Below, piece by piece: positions 1-8,930 of a DNA stretch of 51,472 bases; positions within the stretch are counted from its first letter, which is position 1; every line of letters starts with the position of its first letter. Below the pieces are notes generated by a model that worked only from the letters and a program-made list of their open reading frames with translations, did not search any database and was not told where the DNA came from. A program made the position numbers and the translations under genes. The stretch comes from an uncultured Pseudomonadota bacterium (lineage in GTDB: Bacteria; Babelota; Babeliae; Babelales; RVW-14), in NCBI GenBank assembly GCA_964519365.1, contig CAZFHP010000002.1, positions 7,527 to 58,998 of the forward strand, in the 5' to 3' direction.

Positions 1-186
1 TTAAGAAAAGATTTTCCACTTACAGGATATAACGAAGTTAGATATAGCGAAGATAAAAAAAAAGTTGTTTCTGAACCTGTTAAATTAGATCAAGAATATA
101 GAAATTTTGATTTTGATAGCCCTTGGGAGGGAACAAAATATATCAATAAAGAAACAGACAAAAATAAAAATAATAATAAACAATGA
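1..186 (+). CDS. 3' end of an unidentified CDS entering from upstream of the window
   Basis: Frame 1 is open from base 1 to TGA at 184-186 (..[22 protein letters not shown]). No recognisable motif. The stop overlaps the next ATG (ATGA). Confidence 0.35.
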   Translation, partial: LRKDFPLTGYNEVRYSEDKKKVVSEPVKLDQEYRNFDFDSPWEGTKYINKETDKNKNNNKQ

Positions 187-533
187 TTAAAAAAAAAAGA
201 ACACTCTATGGAGCTCTTTTTGAAAATATGATCATTGTTGATCTCATTAAAAATTTTAAAAGCCAAGGACTTCGCTATTCGCTAATGTTTTTTAGGGACA
301 GCAATAAGAATGAAATAGACCTTATTATAGAATCAGGGGGCAAAACAATTCCTGTAGAAATAAAAGCATCAGGAACAGTTAACACGAGTTTTTTTAATAC
401 GATTGCCTGGTTTAATAAGAAAACACAGAATGACGAAGATGCTATTGTTATTTATGGTGGAGATCAAAATCAAAAACGGTCTCAGGGTAAAGTTATTTCT
501 TGGAAAGATTTGGAAAGTGTTTATAAAAAATAG
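183..533 (+). pseudogene. Orphan C-terminal DUF4143-like fragment of an AAA-type ATPase (N-terminal ATPase part missing)
   Basis: The 116-aa ORF shows the pattern FEN.II.DL.K......L.FFRD....EIDLIIE..GK.IPVEIKAS. This matches only the C-terminal third of ~400-aa AAA+DUF4143 proteins. No Walker motifs are present. Confidence 0.5.
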
Positions 534-545
534 GGATAAGTAGCT

Positions 546-1664
546 ATGATTAAAAATAAAAAAGGTTCGAAGGTATCTTCAGTTGCAACCAAGGAATACG
601 CAGAGACTCTTGCGATGTTAAAAAAGCAAGTTCAAGAGGCTCAGGTTAAAGCGGTATTTTCTGCCAACAAGGAACTGATTAAACTTTATTGGTTAATTGG
701 TAAAACCATTATTGAGAAGCAAGAGGCTGTTGGATGGGGTTTATCTATAATTGAATTGCTTGCAAAAGACTTACAAAGTGCATTCCCAGGTATCGGGGGG
801 TTTTCTAAGAGAAATGTCTTTAGAATGCGTGCTTTCTATAGTGCTTATCAAAAAGTGCCACAAGCTGTGGCACAAATAGAAAAACTTCCAATTTTTAACA
901 TTCCATGGGGGCATAATGCTGTACTGATCGAAAAGATCAAAGACTTGGATCTAAGGCTTTGGTATGCACAAAAAGCAATTGAAAATGGTTGGAGCCGTAA
1001 CATGCTCGAAACATGGATTAAATCAGAGTTACACAATAGGCAAGGTAAAGCAATTACAAATTTTAGGAGAACGCTTCCTGTTCCACATTCAGATATGGCA
1101 CAACAATCGTTAAAAGATCCATACTTATTCGACTTCTTAACACTACAAGAAGAACATCTCGAGCGAGATGTTGAGCAAGGTCTGATCGATCACATACAAA
1201 AATTTTTGCTTGAGCTTGGAAAAGATTTTGCTTTTGTTGGACGGCAATATCATCTTGAAGTAGACGGTGATGATTATTACTTGGATTTGTTATTCTATCA
1301 TTTAAAGCTACGATGTTATGCTGTTATTGAATTAAAAAACACAGCATTCAAGCCTGAATTTGCAGGAAAATTAAACTTTTATCTTTCAGCTGTTGATGAT
1401 TTACTAAGACACAAAGACGATAACCCAACAATTGGTCTTCTTTTGTGTAAAACCAAGAAAAACTTTACCGTTGAGTATGCTCTGAGAGATATAAACAAGC
1501 CAATTGGCGTGGCGGAATATGAAACAAAGCTTGTGGCATCGTTGCCGAAAAATCTTAAAAGTAGTTTGCCTACCATTGAAGAAATTGAGGCAGAACTTGA
1601 AAAAAAGGATGCGTTGAGCAAAATTAAAAGAAAAAACGTTACAAAATGGGGGCTCAAAAAATAA
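546..1664 (+). CDS. YhcG-like PD-(D/E)XK nuclease domain protein (DUF1016 family)
   Basis: The 372-aa ORF has the typical DUF1016 layout: ELIKLYWLIGK, GWG..IIE.LAKDL, PWGHN..LIEK, LWYA.KAIENGWSR. The nuclease core reads YYLDLLFYH..LRCYAVIELK. Confidence 0.85.
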   Translation: MIKNKKGSKVSSVATKEYAETLAMLKKQVQEAQVKAVFSANKELIKLYWLIGKTIIEKQEAVGWGLSIIELLAKDLQSAFPGIGGFSKRNVFRMRAFYSAYQKVPQAVAQIEKLPIFNIPWGHNAVLIEKIKDLDLRLWYAQKAIENGWSRNMLETWIKSELHNRQGKAITNFRRTLPVPHSDMAQQSLKDPYLFDFLTLQEEHLERDVEQGLIDHIQKFLLELGKDFAFVGRQYHLEVDGDDYYLDLLFYHLKLRCYAVIELKNTAFKPEFAGKLNFYLSAVDDLLRHKDDNPTIGLLLCKTKKNFTVEYALRDINKPIGVAEYETKLVASLPKNLKSSLPTIEEIEAELEKKDALSKIKRKNVTKWGLKK

Positions 1665-1944
1665 AGGATCGCAATAACAAAGAAGGGGCTATGGTGATGA
1701 AAAAGAGTTTTCTGATTTTGTTGGCATGTCAACGGTTTTTGAAGTCATAGCATGTAACTTTTTGGGAATAAAAGTACTCGCATTTTCTGCGTTTTCGAAC
1801 GTTTCTGCTGATAGGCATGAGTCTACGATGAACCATGATGAGGTGATTGCTGCAATGAAGGCCATGGCACCAAAGCTGTCTTTACTTGTGACCAGCTGTG
1901 CTCAAAAGATAGTTGGGCTATAGGTTTGCCTTGTTTTTTGATGC

Positions 1945-3789
1945 CTATTCTTTTTGGTCAAACGAAGTAACTTCTGCCAGAGAGTCTATTCCTACGCATT
2001 GTAAGTCATCAAGAACTTTAAATTTTCTACTTCGATTTCCAGAGAGATAGTCCCATGAAAGCAAAGGGCTTCTTCTTGTCATTACTTCTTTTTGAAGATC
2101 AATTAATCTTTTATCAAAAGAGACAACCCAACCATGACCATCAAAGCCAATCCAGTGCTTTCTATAAAAAGGGTTTTGTTTAATTTTGGCAACAATTGCT
2201 TGCCATGTGTCGATAAAAGAAATGCCATTGCGATTTTTCGCTCGAGCTTTTTGAACGAAATCATCGTAAGACCATACTGTTGGGTTTGGATATGTTGGTA
2301 TTGTTTTTGGTAAAGAATATTCATAAAAAGCTTCTTCAGATAATGTCCCGTACCATAATAGTTGCACTTTATGTGTTATTAGGTAAGCAAGAGCTTGATA
2401 TGGACCAGGAATGTATTTCATTACCTCTTTGTACTTATACGGTTTTTTCCCCTTGCGATCTTTAAAAATTTTTGCGGGGAATATTTTTCCTGTTTTTTTC
2501 CCGTCTTTTATCTCTGTATATTCTGTATTAGAAACAAATGTACGATATGCTTGCCAGCCCTTGAATAGTGAAAAATCAACAGTTTGTTGTGCTTGTGCAA
2601 AAAGGTCTGGATTTTTTCTGAGAATTTCAGCAATTTTATATTGAAGAAAGTTGTCTTTTGATAGATATTTATCACTCCACAAGTGATCTTTTTTTTCTTC
2701 AGGGTCTGTTGGATTATGAAGTTTTTGAAGTGCGTCATAAAGTTTTTGTTGACGGTGCCCGTCTATTATCGGATCATTATTTGCGTCGACTCCTATATTT
2801 AAAAGAAGCAATTTATATAGACCATAAAGATATGGGAAAAATATATGTTCTTCAGAAGTTTCTTTACCATGAGAAATCATGTACTTAAAACCATGAGTGA
2901 GTCGAGTGTCACGGATCATTTTTGCAAATCCTAAAATAGGTTTGTTTTCTTCATCGGTGGTCCAATAAGCCTTGCATTCCCATAGAGGGGTTTGTTTTTT
3001 TTCTGCGTTATCAGCAAGAGCTAACGCTTGATCATATTGTTTGTTTACCTTGTCTTTATTTTCTTCAGTTTTAGGCATAAATTTTTGTTCACCTTGATCT
3101 TGATCAAAAAACTCGACTTTTTTCTTTTTATCCTTACCAATAGGGATGATGCTTGTTGGTGTTGGACTAATATCTGGATTTTCACCTAAATCGTTGCTTA
3201 ATTCCCAAATATCAGTTTGGTTATATACTGCAATGGAACTTATGAATAGAAAGGGGGTAAACACTGCTTGAAGAAGTGTCTGCATGTTTACATAGAATTT
3301 TGGATCGCTTGGGTCATTTGGGTTACGATGTAAAAATTTACCATCACTTTCAGGGGGATTGTTTCTTGTAAAAAAGAATCGGCCATTGGCATCATAATAG
3401 TCAGGGAATGTGGGGCCATATTTAACAGCGCTTACAAAATACCCTCTTAGAATTAAAGCCTCAGGTGTTTTTTCAGAGTTTGCTTGATGGTATGTTTTGT
3501 TCCATGTGTGCCAATAGTTATAGTTTATTCCAAGCCATTCGCGACGGGTTTTCCATTTTTCTGCTGGGATTTTTGTTTGCCAGTCAGTAAGAGAGATTGT
3601 TTCAGGAAAAAGCTTTACAGGAAAAAGCTTTAAATGTTCTTCAAGAAGAGCCAGATTTTGTGCTGGCATTAACATGCATGCGTCGTTGTATTGTTTTGCA
3701 AAGCAGTATTTTTTTGGTTTTGCATATAGGTGTGCGCTTGTTACAGTAACGAGAATAAATATGATTCCTGATAAAATCTTTTTCTTCAC
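1945..3789 (-). CDS. Hypothetical secreted protein (614 aa)
   Basis: Long uninterrupted ORF with an N-terminal signal peptide (MKKKILSGIIFILVTVTSAHLYA). No family recognised. Confidence 0.7.
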   Translation of the reverse strand: MKKKILSGIIFILVTVTSAHLYAKPKKYCFAKQYNDACMLMPAQNLALLEEHLKLFPVKLFPETISLTDWQTKIPAEKWKTRREWLGINYNYWHTWNKTYHQANSEKTPEALILRGYFVSAVKYGPTFPDYYDANGRFFFTRNNPPESDGKFLHRNPNDPSDPKFYVNMQTLLQAVFTPFLFISSIAVYNQTDIWELSNDLGENPDISPTPTSIIPIGKDKKKKVEFFDQDQGEQKFMPKTEENKDKVNKQYDQALALADNAEKKQTPLWECKAYWTTDEENKPILGFAKMIRDTRLTHGFKYMISHGKETSEEHIFFPYLYGLYKLLLLNIGVDANNDPIIDGHRQQKLYDALQKLHNPTDPEEKKDHLWSDKYLSKDNFLQYKIAEILRKNPDLFAQAQQTVDFSLFKGWQAYRTFVSNTEYTEIKDGKKTGKIFPAKIFKDRKGKKPYKYKEVMKYIPGPYQALAYLITHKVQLLWYGTLSEEAFYEYSLPKTIPTYPNPTVWSYDDFVQKARAKNRNGISFIDTWQAIVAKIKQNPFYRKHWIGFDGHGWVVSFDKRLIDLQKEVMTRRSPLLSWDYLSGNRSRKFKVLDDLQCVGIDSLAEVTSFDQKE

Positions 3790-3939
3790 GTGAAGCCCCC
3801 CTTAATAAATTATTTTTTAAAAAATTATGGTCCTATGTCTTTAGCATGACCAGGAGTAGTGCTATTTGTCAATAAGTGTGGGTTGAGAGGTTGGTTTCTG
3901 CTTACTATCGCCTTGTTTTCATAACTTAGAATAAAACCC

Positions 3940-3979
3940 TTGAGCAATATAATATAAGATACTATACTAAATTATAGTA
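3940..3979 (+). promoter_or_regulatory. Putative sigma70 promoter (TTGAGC-17-TATACT) with an overlapping 7-bp inverted repeat, upstream of the toxin/antitoxin pair
   Basis: TTGAGC at 3940-3945 and TATACT at 3963-3968. The inverted repeat TACTATA/TATAGTA spans 3960-3979 and overlaps the -10 box. AAGGAG lies 7 nt before the GTG start at 3995. Confidence 0.4.
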
Positions 3980-3994
3980 ACAAGGAGTTTATAC

Positions 3995-4315
3995 GTGAAA
4001 AAATGGCAAATACGGTATTGGGCCGAAGAGACCGGGAAAAAGTCCTTTGAGACGTGGCTTGATAGCCTGACAAAAGAGCAACTTAAATCCGTTGCTAAAG
4101 AATTAAAAATGCTAGAGAGTGCTGGTAATGAGTTGAAAATGCCTCATAGTAAAGTGCTAGGTGATGGCTTATTTGAATTAAGGGAGCGGAGGTATGGTTA
4201 TCGTATTTATTATGGCTTTCGCAGGAAGCAAGTAATTATTCTTTTTGCTGCAGGGAAAAAAAAGAGTCAAGAAAGAGATATTAAAATAGCCCGTAAGCGC
4301 TTAGAAAAAAATTAG
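3995..4315 (+). CDS. Type II toxin, Gp49/HigB-like (RelE/ParE superfamily)
   Basis: The 106-aa ORF has a GTG start with an AAGGAG SD. The pattern LGDGLFELR....YRIYY.F....VIILFAAGKKKSQ..DI..A is typical of phage Gp49-like toxins. An HTH gene follows. Confidence 0.8.
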   Translation: MKKWQIRYWAEETGKKSFETWLDSLTKEQLKSVAKELKMLESAGNELKMPHSKVLGDGLFELRERRYGYRIYYGFRRKQVIILFAAGKKKSQERDIKIARKRLEKN

Positions 4316-4332
4316 GGAGGAATGTATTACGT

Positions 4333-4644
4333 ATGAAAACAAAAAGCTTTCAAAAATACCTTGAAAAAAGGTTGGATAAAGAAGAAATTGCTGATATTGA
4401 GGTACAAGCAAAATTGGAACTTTCGATTTTACAATCATTTCAAGATCTTATTGCAAGCATGATGAATGACTACATGGAAAAAAATGAGATCGGTTTTAAT
4501 GAACTTGTAAGAAAGTTACATTGGAGCCCATCTAAGGTTTCTAAAATAAGACGCGGTGAAGCTAACTTGACATTAGCAAGTCTGGCACATCTTTTTGCTT
4601 TGTTAGGTAAAGAACCTCAAGAAGTTTTTATGAGAAAAAAATAA
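4333..4644 (+). CDS. XRE-family helix-turn-helix antitoxin
   Basis: The 103-aa ORF lies 18 nt after the toxin. The HTH segment reads FNELVRKLHWSPSKVSKIRRGEANLTLASLAHLFALLG. Confidence 0.8.
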   Translation: MKTKSFQKYLEKRLDKEEIADIEVQAKLELSILQSFQDLIASMMNDYMEKNEIGFNELVRKLHWSPSKVSKIRRGEANLTLASLAHLFALLGKEPQEVFMRKK

Positions 4645-4653
4645 TGGGCTTAT

Positions 4654-5106
4654 TTACTTCCAGTTAACTTCGCTATACATGATCTTTTTGTCTATCATAT
4701 CGATAACATGTTTGTGTAACGGCGTAATATCTACTGGCAACTGGTTAATCGAGAACCATGCAACGTTGCTTGATTTTTCAGGTTCTGTTACGCGCGGCTC
4801 ACCTTCCCACTTTGTTGTTTCCATAAAAAAATTAATATACTCGTCTCCCGTTGGCGTTTTAGCGTGAAGAACATGGGCGATTTTTAGATTTTCTGCCTGA
4901 AGTTTTACCCCAAGCTCTTCTGCCGCTTCGCGTATTGTTGCTTGTGTTATAGATTCTTGTCCGTCAACTCCGCCACCGGCAAAGACGTATTTATTGTTTA
5001 AGTATTTTGTGTTAGAACGTTTGAGCAAACATGTTTTGTCTCCGTCTTTTAAAATTATTGCGGTAAAAACGGGGATTGTATAACGGTCTTGTATTTTGTA
5101 TTGCAT
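4654..5106 (-). CDS. NUDIX hydrolase
   Basis: A perfect Nudix box is present: GGVDGQESITQATIREAAEELGV (Gx5Ex7REUxEExGU). Confidence 0.85.
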   Translation of the reverse strand: MQYKIQDRYTIPVFTAIILKDGDKTCLLKRSNTKYLNNKYVFAGGGVDGQESITQATIREAAEELGVKLQAENLKIAHVLHAKTPTGDEYINFFMETTKWEGEPRVTEPEKSSNVAWFSINQLPVDITPLHKHVIDMIDKKIMYSEVNWK

Positions 5107-5220
5107 AGGCTTCTTTCGAATGTAAAAGATAAGATTTTTAAAGGTGCTAAAAAAAGATATAGATTTAGCTTATCGTCTGTTTTTTTTAAAATCAAGTGCG
5201 ACGGTTATTTTACGGGAGTA

Positions 5221-6543
5221 TTATCGTCGCCTTGCCCGTAGTTTGTTCCAATATTCTAAGCGTCGCTTGATGTCTTTTTCAAACCCATACTCGGTTGGTG
5301 TATAAAACTCTGAATTATTAAGATTTTTGGGTAAAAAACTTTGTCCTGAAAAATTATCTTTTTCATGATGATCATATTTATAACCAACGCTATATCCAAT
5401 ATCTTTCATGAGTTTTGTTTCAGCGTTACGTATATGTAATGGTACTGGATCGTTGCGTGTTTTGGCAACGGCTTGTTTGACTTTGCCCATAGCACTATAG
5501 GTGCGGTTAGATTTTGGAGCTGTCGCCAGATAGATGACACATTGTGCAAGCGCGACATCACACTCTGGGTAGCCCAAAAAATGAATGGTTTGTTGTACCG
5601 CTACTGCTTGGACCAATGCCTGTGGGTCAGCAAGGCCGATGTCTTCGCTAGCAAAACGAATTAGCCGACGTACAATATATAATGGGTCGGCGCCGCCTTC
5701 AATCATGCGGGCAAGCCAATACAATGCAGCCTGTACGTCTGAACCACGTAGTGATTTATGCAGAGCTGAAATAAGATTGTAATGTTCTTCCCCATGCTTG
5801 TCATATGATACGCGGCGCTTGGTCAAAGCTGCTCTAATAGTTGATACGTCAAGCGTGCGTTTGTTATTTTTTAAAGGCGTTGCGTTTGCTGCGTGCTCAA
5901 GGGCAGTAAGAGCAACTCGTGCATCGCCATTAGCATAGTTTACCAATTGTGTTCGTGCGTTATCGCTTAGGTGTACATGATGTGACGCGAGGCCATTTTC
6001 GCTGTCAGCTAAACATCTGATAATAATTTGTTCAACATGTGTGTCTTCCAAAGCATTGAGTACGCATACGGTGCAGCGGCTGAGTAAGGCGTTATTAATC
6101 TCGAACGATGGATTTTCAGTTGTTGCGCCAATAAGCATAATTGTTCCATTTTCCAGCGGCTGTAAAAAGGCATCTTGTTGAGCTTTATTAAATCGATGGA
6201 TTTCGTCAACAAATAAGATGGTATTTTTTCCGTCAGATTCAATGCGACTTTTTGCCTGCTCAATAGTTTCTTTAACTTCTTTAATGCCATTAAATGCGGC
6301 GCTAAAAGCAATAAATGGACGCTGGGTTGTATTGGCGATAACTCGAGCCAATGTTGTTTTTCCAGTGCCTGGAGGTCCCCAAAAGATATAACTGTTGATT
6401 GTATCTGTGGTAATTGCTTGGCGTAATAGTTTGCCTTGTGCTAGTAAATGATCTTGCCCTACGACGCTATCAAGGGTTTGTGGACGCATGCGTTCAGCAA
6501 GTGGTGGCTGATGATTGGCAAAAAGATTTAATTGTTTTTTCAT
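5221..6543 (-). CDS. rarA: Replication-associated recombination protein A (AAA+ ATPase RarA/MgsA)
   Basis: The 440-aa ORF has Walker A GPPGTGKTT, Walker B LFVDEIHRFNK and GATTENPSF. The C-terminal MgsA motifs are LHKS.RGSD..AALYWLARM and RRL.RFASEDIGLADP. Confidence 0.95.
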   Translation of the reverse strand: MKKQLNLFANHQPPLAERMRPQTLDSVVGQDHLLAQGKLLRQAITTDTINSYIFWGPPGTGKTTLARVIANTTQRPFIAFSAAFNGIKEVKETIEQAKSRIESDGKNTILFVDEIHRFNKAQQDAFLQPLENGTIMLIGATTENPSFEINNALLSRCTVCVLNALEDTHVEQIIIRCLADSENGLASHHVHLSDNARTQLVNYANGDARVALTALEHAANATPLKNNKRTLDVSTIRAALTKRRVSYDKHGEEHYNLISALHKSLRGSDVQAALYWLARMIEGGADPLYIVRRLIRFASEDIGLADPQALVQAVAVQQTIHFLGYPECDVALAQCVIYLATAPKSNRTYSAMGKVKQAVAKTRNDPVPLHIRNAETKLMKDIGYSVGYKYDHHEKDNFSGQSFLPKNLNNSEFYTPTEYGFEKDIKRRLEYWNKLRARRR

Positions 6544-6548
6544 TAAAA

Positions 6549-7154
6549 CTATTTTTCCCCAGCTTGTTTGAGTGCTTGATAATGTCGAGGGTTTTTGCGT
6601 TTGATGTAATACCCAAGTTTACCTTCGGCTTTTTGGGAAGATATACCAAATTGCTTGATAAAAGTATACAAATTATCGAGTGCTTCTTGTGTTTGATTTT
6701 TGTTTTTAACCGTTGTTTCGATCTCGCACAAGTTATACGTTAAATCGCCAAAATCTGCATGGTCGAAATCGATAATAAAATTATCTTTCTTATGTGTTTG
6801 CCGTGTATTTGTAAATTTGTATAATTGTTCGTACCCAGATTTTTTAAGGGCACTCGTAAAAGAATTTTTGTAGCATTCGTGCAAGCTTAGTAGCTTCGCA
6901 ATACTATCTGGGTCAGTAAATTCGTTCATGGGAATATTTTTGTTGATGTTAAAACCGCCAGTTTTGGTTGCTGGTGTTTTAAGCTCAAAAAGTTTATCTC
7001 TTTGTCTGAGCCACATGCCCTTTGTTGTTAAACTAAAGTCTGAAGAGTCGTAATAAATGTCTGTAAAAGTTTTTTCAGCGACAAGCGTTGCCCCGGATAG
7101 TAATTTTTCTTTTTGTTCTTCTGTTACGTGAACTTTAATTTCTACTTCGATCAT
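6549..7154 (-). CDS. CYTH-domain triphosphate tunnel metalloenzyme, thiamine-triphosphatase-like
   Basis: An ExExK signature sits at the N-terminus (MIEVEIKV), followed by YYD, WLRQRD..FELKTP, IDFDHADFG..YNLCEIE and KLGYYIKRKNPRHYQAL. ATG 7154 is chosen as the start; the track ORF extends to a TTG at 7193. Confidence 0.8.
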   Translation of the reverse strand: MIEVEIKVHVTEEQKEKLLSGATLVAEKTFTDIYYDSSDFSLTTKGMWLRQRDKLFELKTPATKTGGFNINKNIPMNEFTDPDSIAKLLSLHECYKNSFTSALKKSGYEQLYKFTNTRQTHKKDNFIIDFDHADFGDLTYNLCEIETTVKNKNQTQEALDNLYTFIKQFGISSQKAEGKLGYYIKRKNPRHYQALKQAGEK

Positions 7155-7161
7155 GTGTTTT

Positions 7162-7575
7162 TTATTTCCTGATATCATTTGGATTTGTTGCAAAAAAACG
7201 CTTTTCGTTTCTGAGCTCTTTGTTTTTTAACGCTGTGAATAGATCAATATTAAGACTTGCGCATAAGTCTAAAAGATAGAAAAAGACGTCTGCTACTTCT
7301 TCTTCTACCGTTGTATAACTGTTAGCTTTGTTTTGGTCAATTTTTAACCCAGTTATTTTGCGTATAGCTTTTGCGAGCTCCCCAACTTCTTCGACCATGA
7401 GTAGCGTGATATCTCGAGGTGTTTCTTTATCAAAGCCTCTTTGTTTAACGACCGTGCTGATATATGTTTGTAATTTATCTAAAGACATAGATTGGCAAAG
7501 ATCTGATGCCTGAGCTGGAGAGACGTTGTTTTTTTGAACGTTTGGCGGAGTGTTTTTTTGCGTATTATTTTCCAT
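7162..7575 (-). CDS. MazG-type nucleotide pyrophosphohydrolase domain protein
   Basis: The 137-aa ORF carries the all-alpha NTP-PPase motifs LLMVEEVGELAKAIRK and EEEVADVFFYLLDLC. Confidence 0.8.
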   Translation of the reverse strand: MENNTQKNTPPNVQKNNVSPAQASDLCQSMSLDKLQTYISTVVKQRGFDKETPRDITLLMVEEVGELAKAIRKITGLKIDQNKANSYTTVEEEVADVFFYLLDLCASLNIDLFTALKNKELRNEKRFFATNPNDIRK

Positions 7576-7585
7576 TGTGATCCTT

Positions 7586-8473
7586 CTAATGATAATTTTT
7601 AAAGTGTTCGACTACGAGCTTTGCTATTTTCTCTTCCAGAGGTCGGTTAAAGATTGTATGTCCCATATCTTTTATCATGACGAATATAGACTCAGGAATA
7701 GCGTCGGCAACAGATTTGCCGTGTCTTGGCAAGACAACGGGATCTTTATCTCCATGGATAACAAGCGTTGGGCTGTTAATTTTTTGAAGTGTGTGAGATT
7801 TTTCCATGGTAGCAAGAAACTTGTTCATCATGAGCTCATGATTTTTACCTGTGTTGTTATGTTTTGTACGCGTAAGAAAGTCGCGTGTAAAATCTTTTGC
7901 CATTTCTTCATCGAGTGGGATTTTCCCATTGAGATGGCGCCAGACGGGTATATAATTTTGAATAGTTTCTTGCAAAGTTTTCCCAGGTTTGATTGCGCTA
8001 AATATCTTTGATGTAGAGTCAAGAATCTCTTGTTCTTCTTTTGTTGTGGGTTTAGCCATTTCTTCTGTTATTTCGATAGGCCCTGCAGAGATAATAACAA
8101 GACTGAGAACTCTGTCTGGGTAATCTACACCAACTATTTGGCAAATCCATCCTCCCATAGAGTTGCCAATAAAATGGGCTTTTTGTATCCCGTAGCTGTC
8201 TAGAATTAACGTAGTATCTTTGGCAAGATCTGACATGGTATACGGTGTCTTTTGCCAGTCTATCTCGCAAGACTCGCCAACATCACGATGGTCATATCGT
8301 ATTACGAAAAAACTTTGATTGGCTAGATCACGACAAAAATTGTCAGTCCAAAAGCGTGCGGTACATCTTTTCCCAGCAATAAGAATATACGCAGGATCTG
8401 ACGTTTCCCCAAAAGTTTCAGTACGGAATTTAAGATTGTTGATAGCAATATCTTTTTGTGAAAATTGGATCAT
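7586..8473 (-). CDS. Alpha/beta hydrolase
   Basis: The nucleophile elbow is GNSMGG, and MGH lies near the C-terminus. It is a paralogue of ORF 16328-17224. The start is taken at MIQFSQ (an ATGA overlap with the upstream ORF). Confidence 0.8.
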   Translation of the reverse strand: MIQFSQKDIAINNLKFRTETFGETSDPAYILIAGKRCTARFWTDNFCRDLANQSFFVIRYDHRDVGESCEIDWQKTPYTMSDLAKDTTLILDSYGIQKAHFIGNSMGGWICQIVGVDYPDRVLSLVIISAGPIEITEEMAKPTTKEEQEILDSTSKIFSAIKPGKTLQETIQNYIPVWRHLNGKIPLDEEMAKDFTRDFLTRTKHNNTGKNHELMMNKFLATMEKSHTLQKINSPTLVIHGDKDPVVLPRHGKSVADAIPESIFVMIKDMGHTIFNRPLEEKIAKLVVEHFKNYH

Positions 8474-8910
8474 TTTGGGGTCTTTTTTTTTGTGATTCTT
8501 TCCCAGGATGTATTTTTGCAATTTGTGCATGGGTATTGAATGTTTTTTATGTGTTCAATGACAAAATCGACCATCTCTGTTTCCTTAGTATCAATTGAAG
8601 CTAAAAGTTTTAAAAAAGCATCATATGATGCTTTACATGATTGAAGCATTAAGCAAGCAGAAAACTCACCTAACGATAGTATACTTTGTTTGCAGTTTGC
8701 ACACCAAATAGGTAAGTTTTCCGTATTTTTTTTAAAGTACCCCTCAGCTGCAATTTTGTCGAGTTGAAATAGAAAAGTCATAAAGCTTGTAGCCATTGGA
8801 CATTCTGAGATAATATCTTGGTGTAAAACTTCTAGTTCTTTTTGGTCTTGTGCAAAAATAACTATTGAAAAACAACATAGAACGATGGATAAAAAATATT
8901 TTCCCCACAT
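8470..8910 (-). CDS. Hypothetical Cys-rich secreted protein
   Basis: The 146-aa ORF has a signal peptide (MWGKYFLSIVLCCFSIVIFA). It is translationally coupled to the hydrolase. No family recognised. Confidence 0.5.
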   Translation of the reverse strand: MWGKYFLSIVLCCFSIVIFAQDQKELEVLHQDIISECPMATSFMTFLFQLDKIAAEGYFKKNTENLPIWCANCKQSILSLGEFSACLMLQSCKASYDAFLKLLASIDTKETEMVDFVIEHIKNIQYPCTNCKNTSWERITKKKTPK

Positions 8911-8930
8911 AGCGCCCCCCTTTCCAGAAT

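Noticed and set aside
1691-1923. Possible frameshifted lipoprotein gene (MVMKKSFLILLAC.. then ORF 1726-1923)
   Set aside because: The lipobox-like start terminates after 19 codons. The downstream 65-aa frame has no recognisable features and no SD. Evidence is too weak to call a pseudogene.
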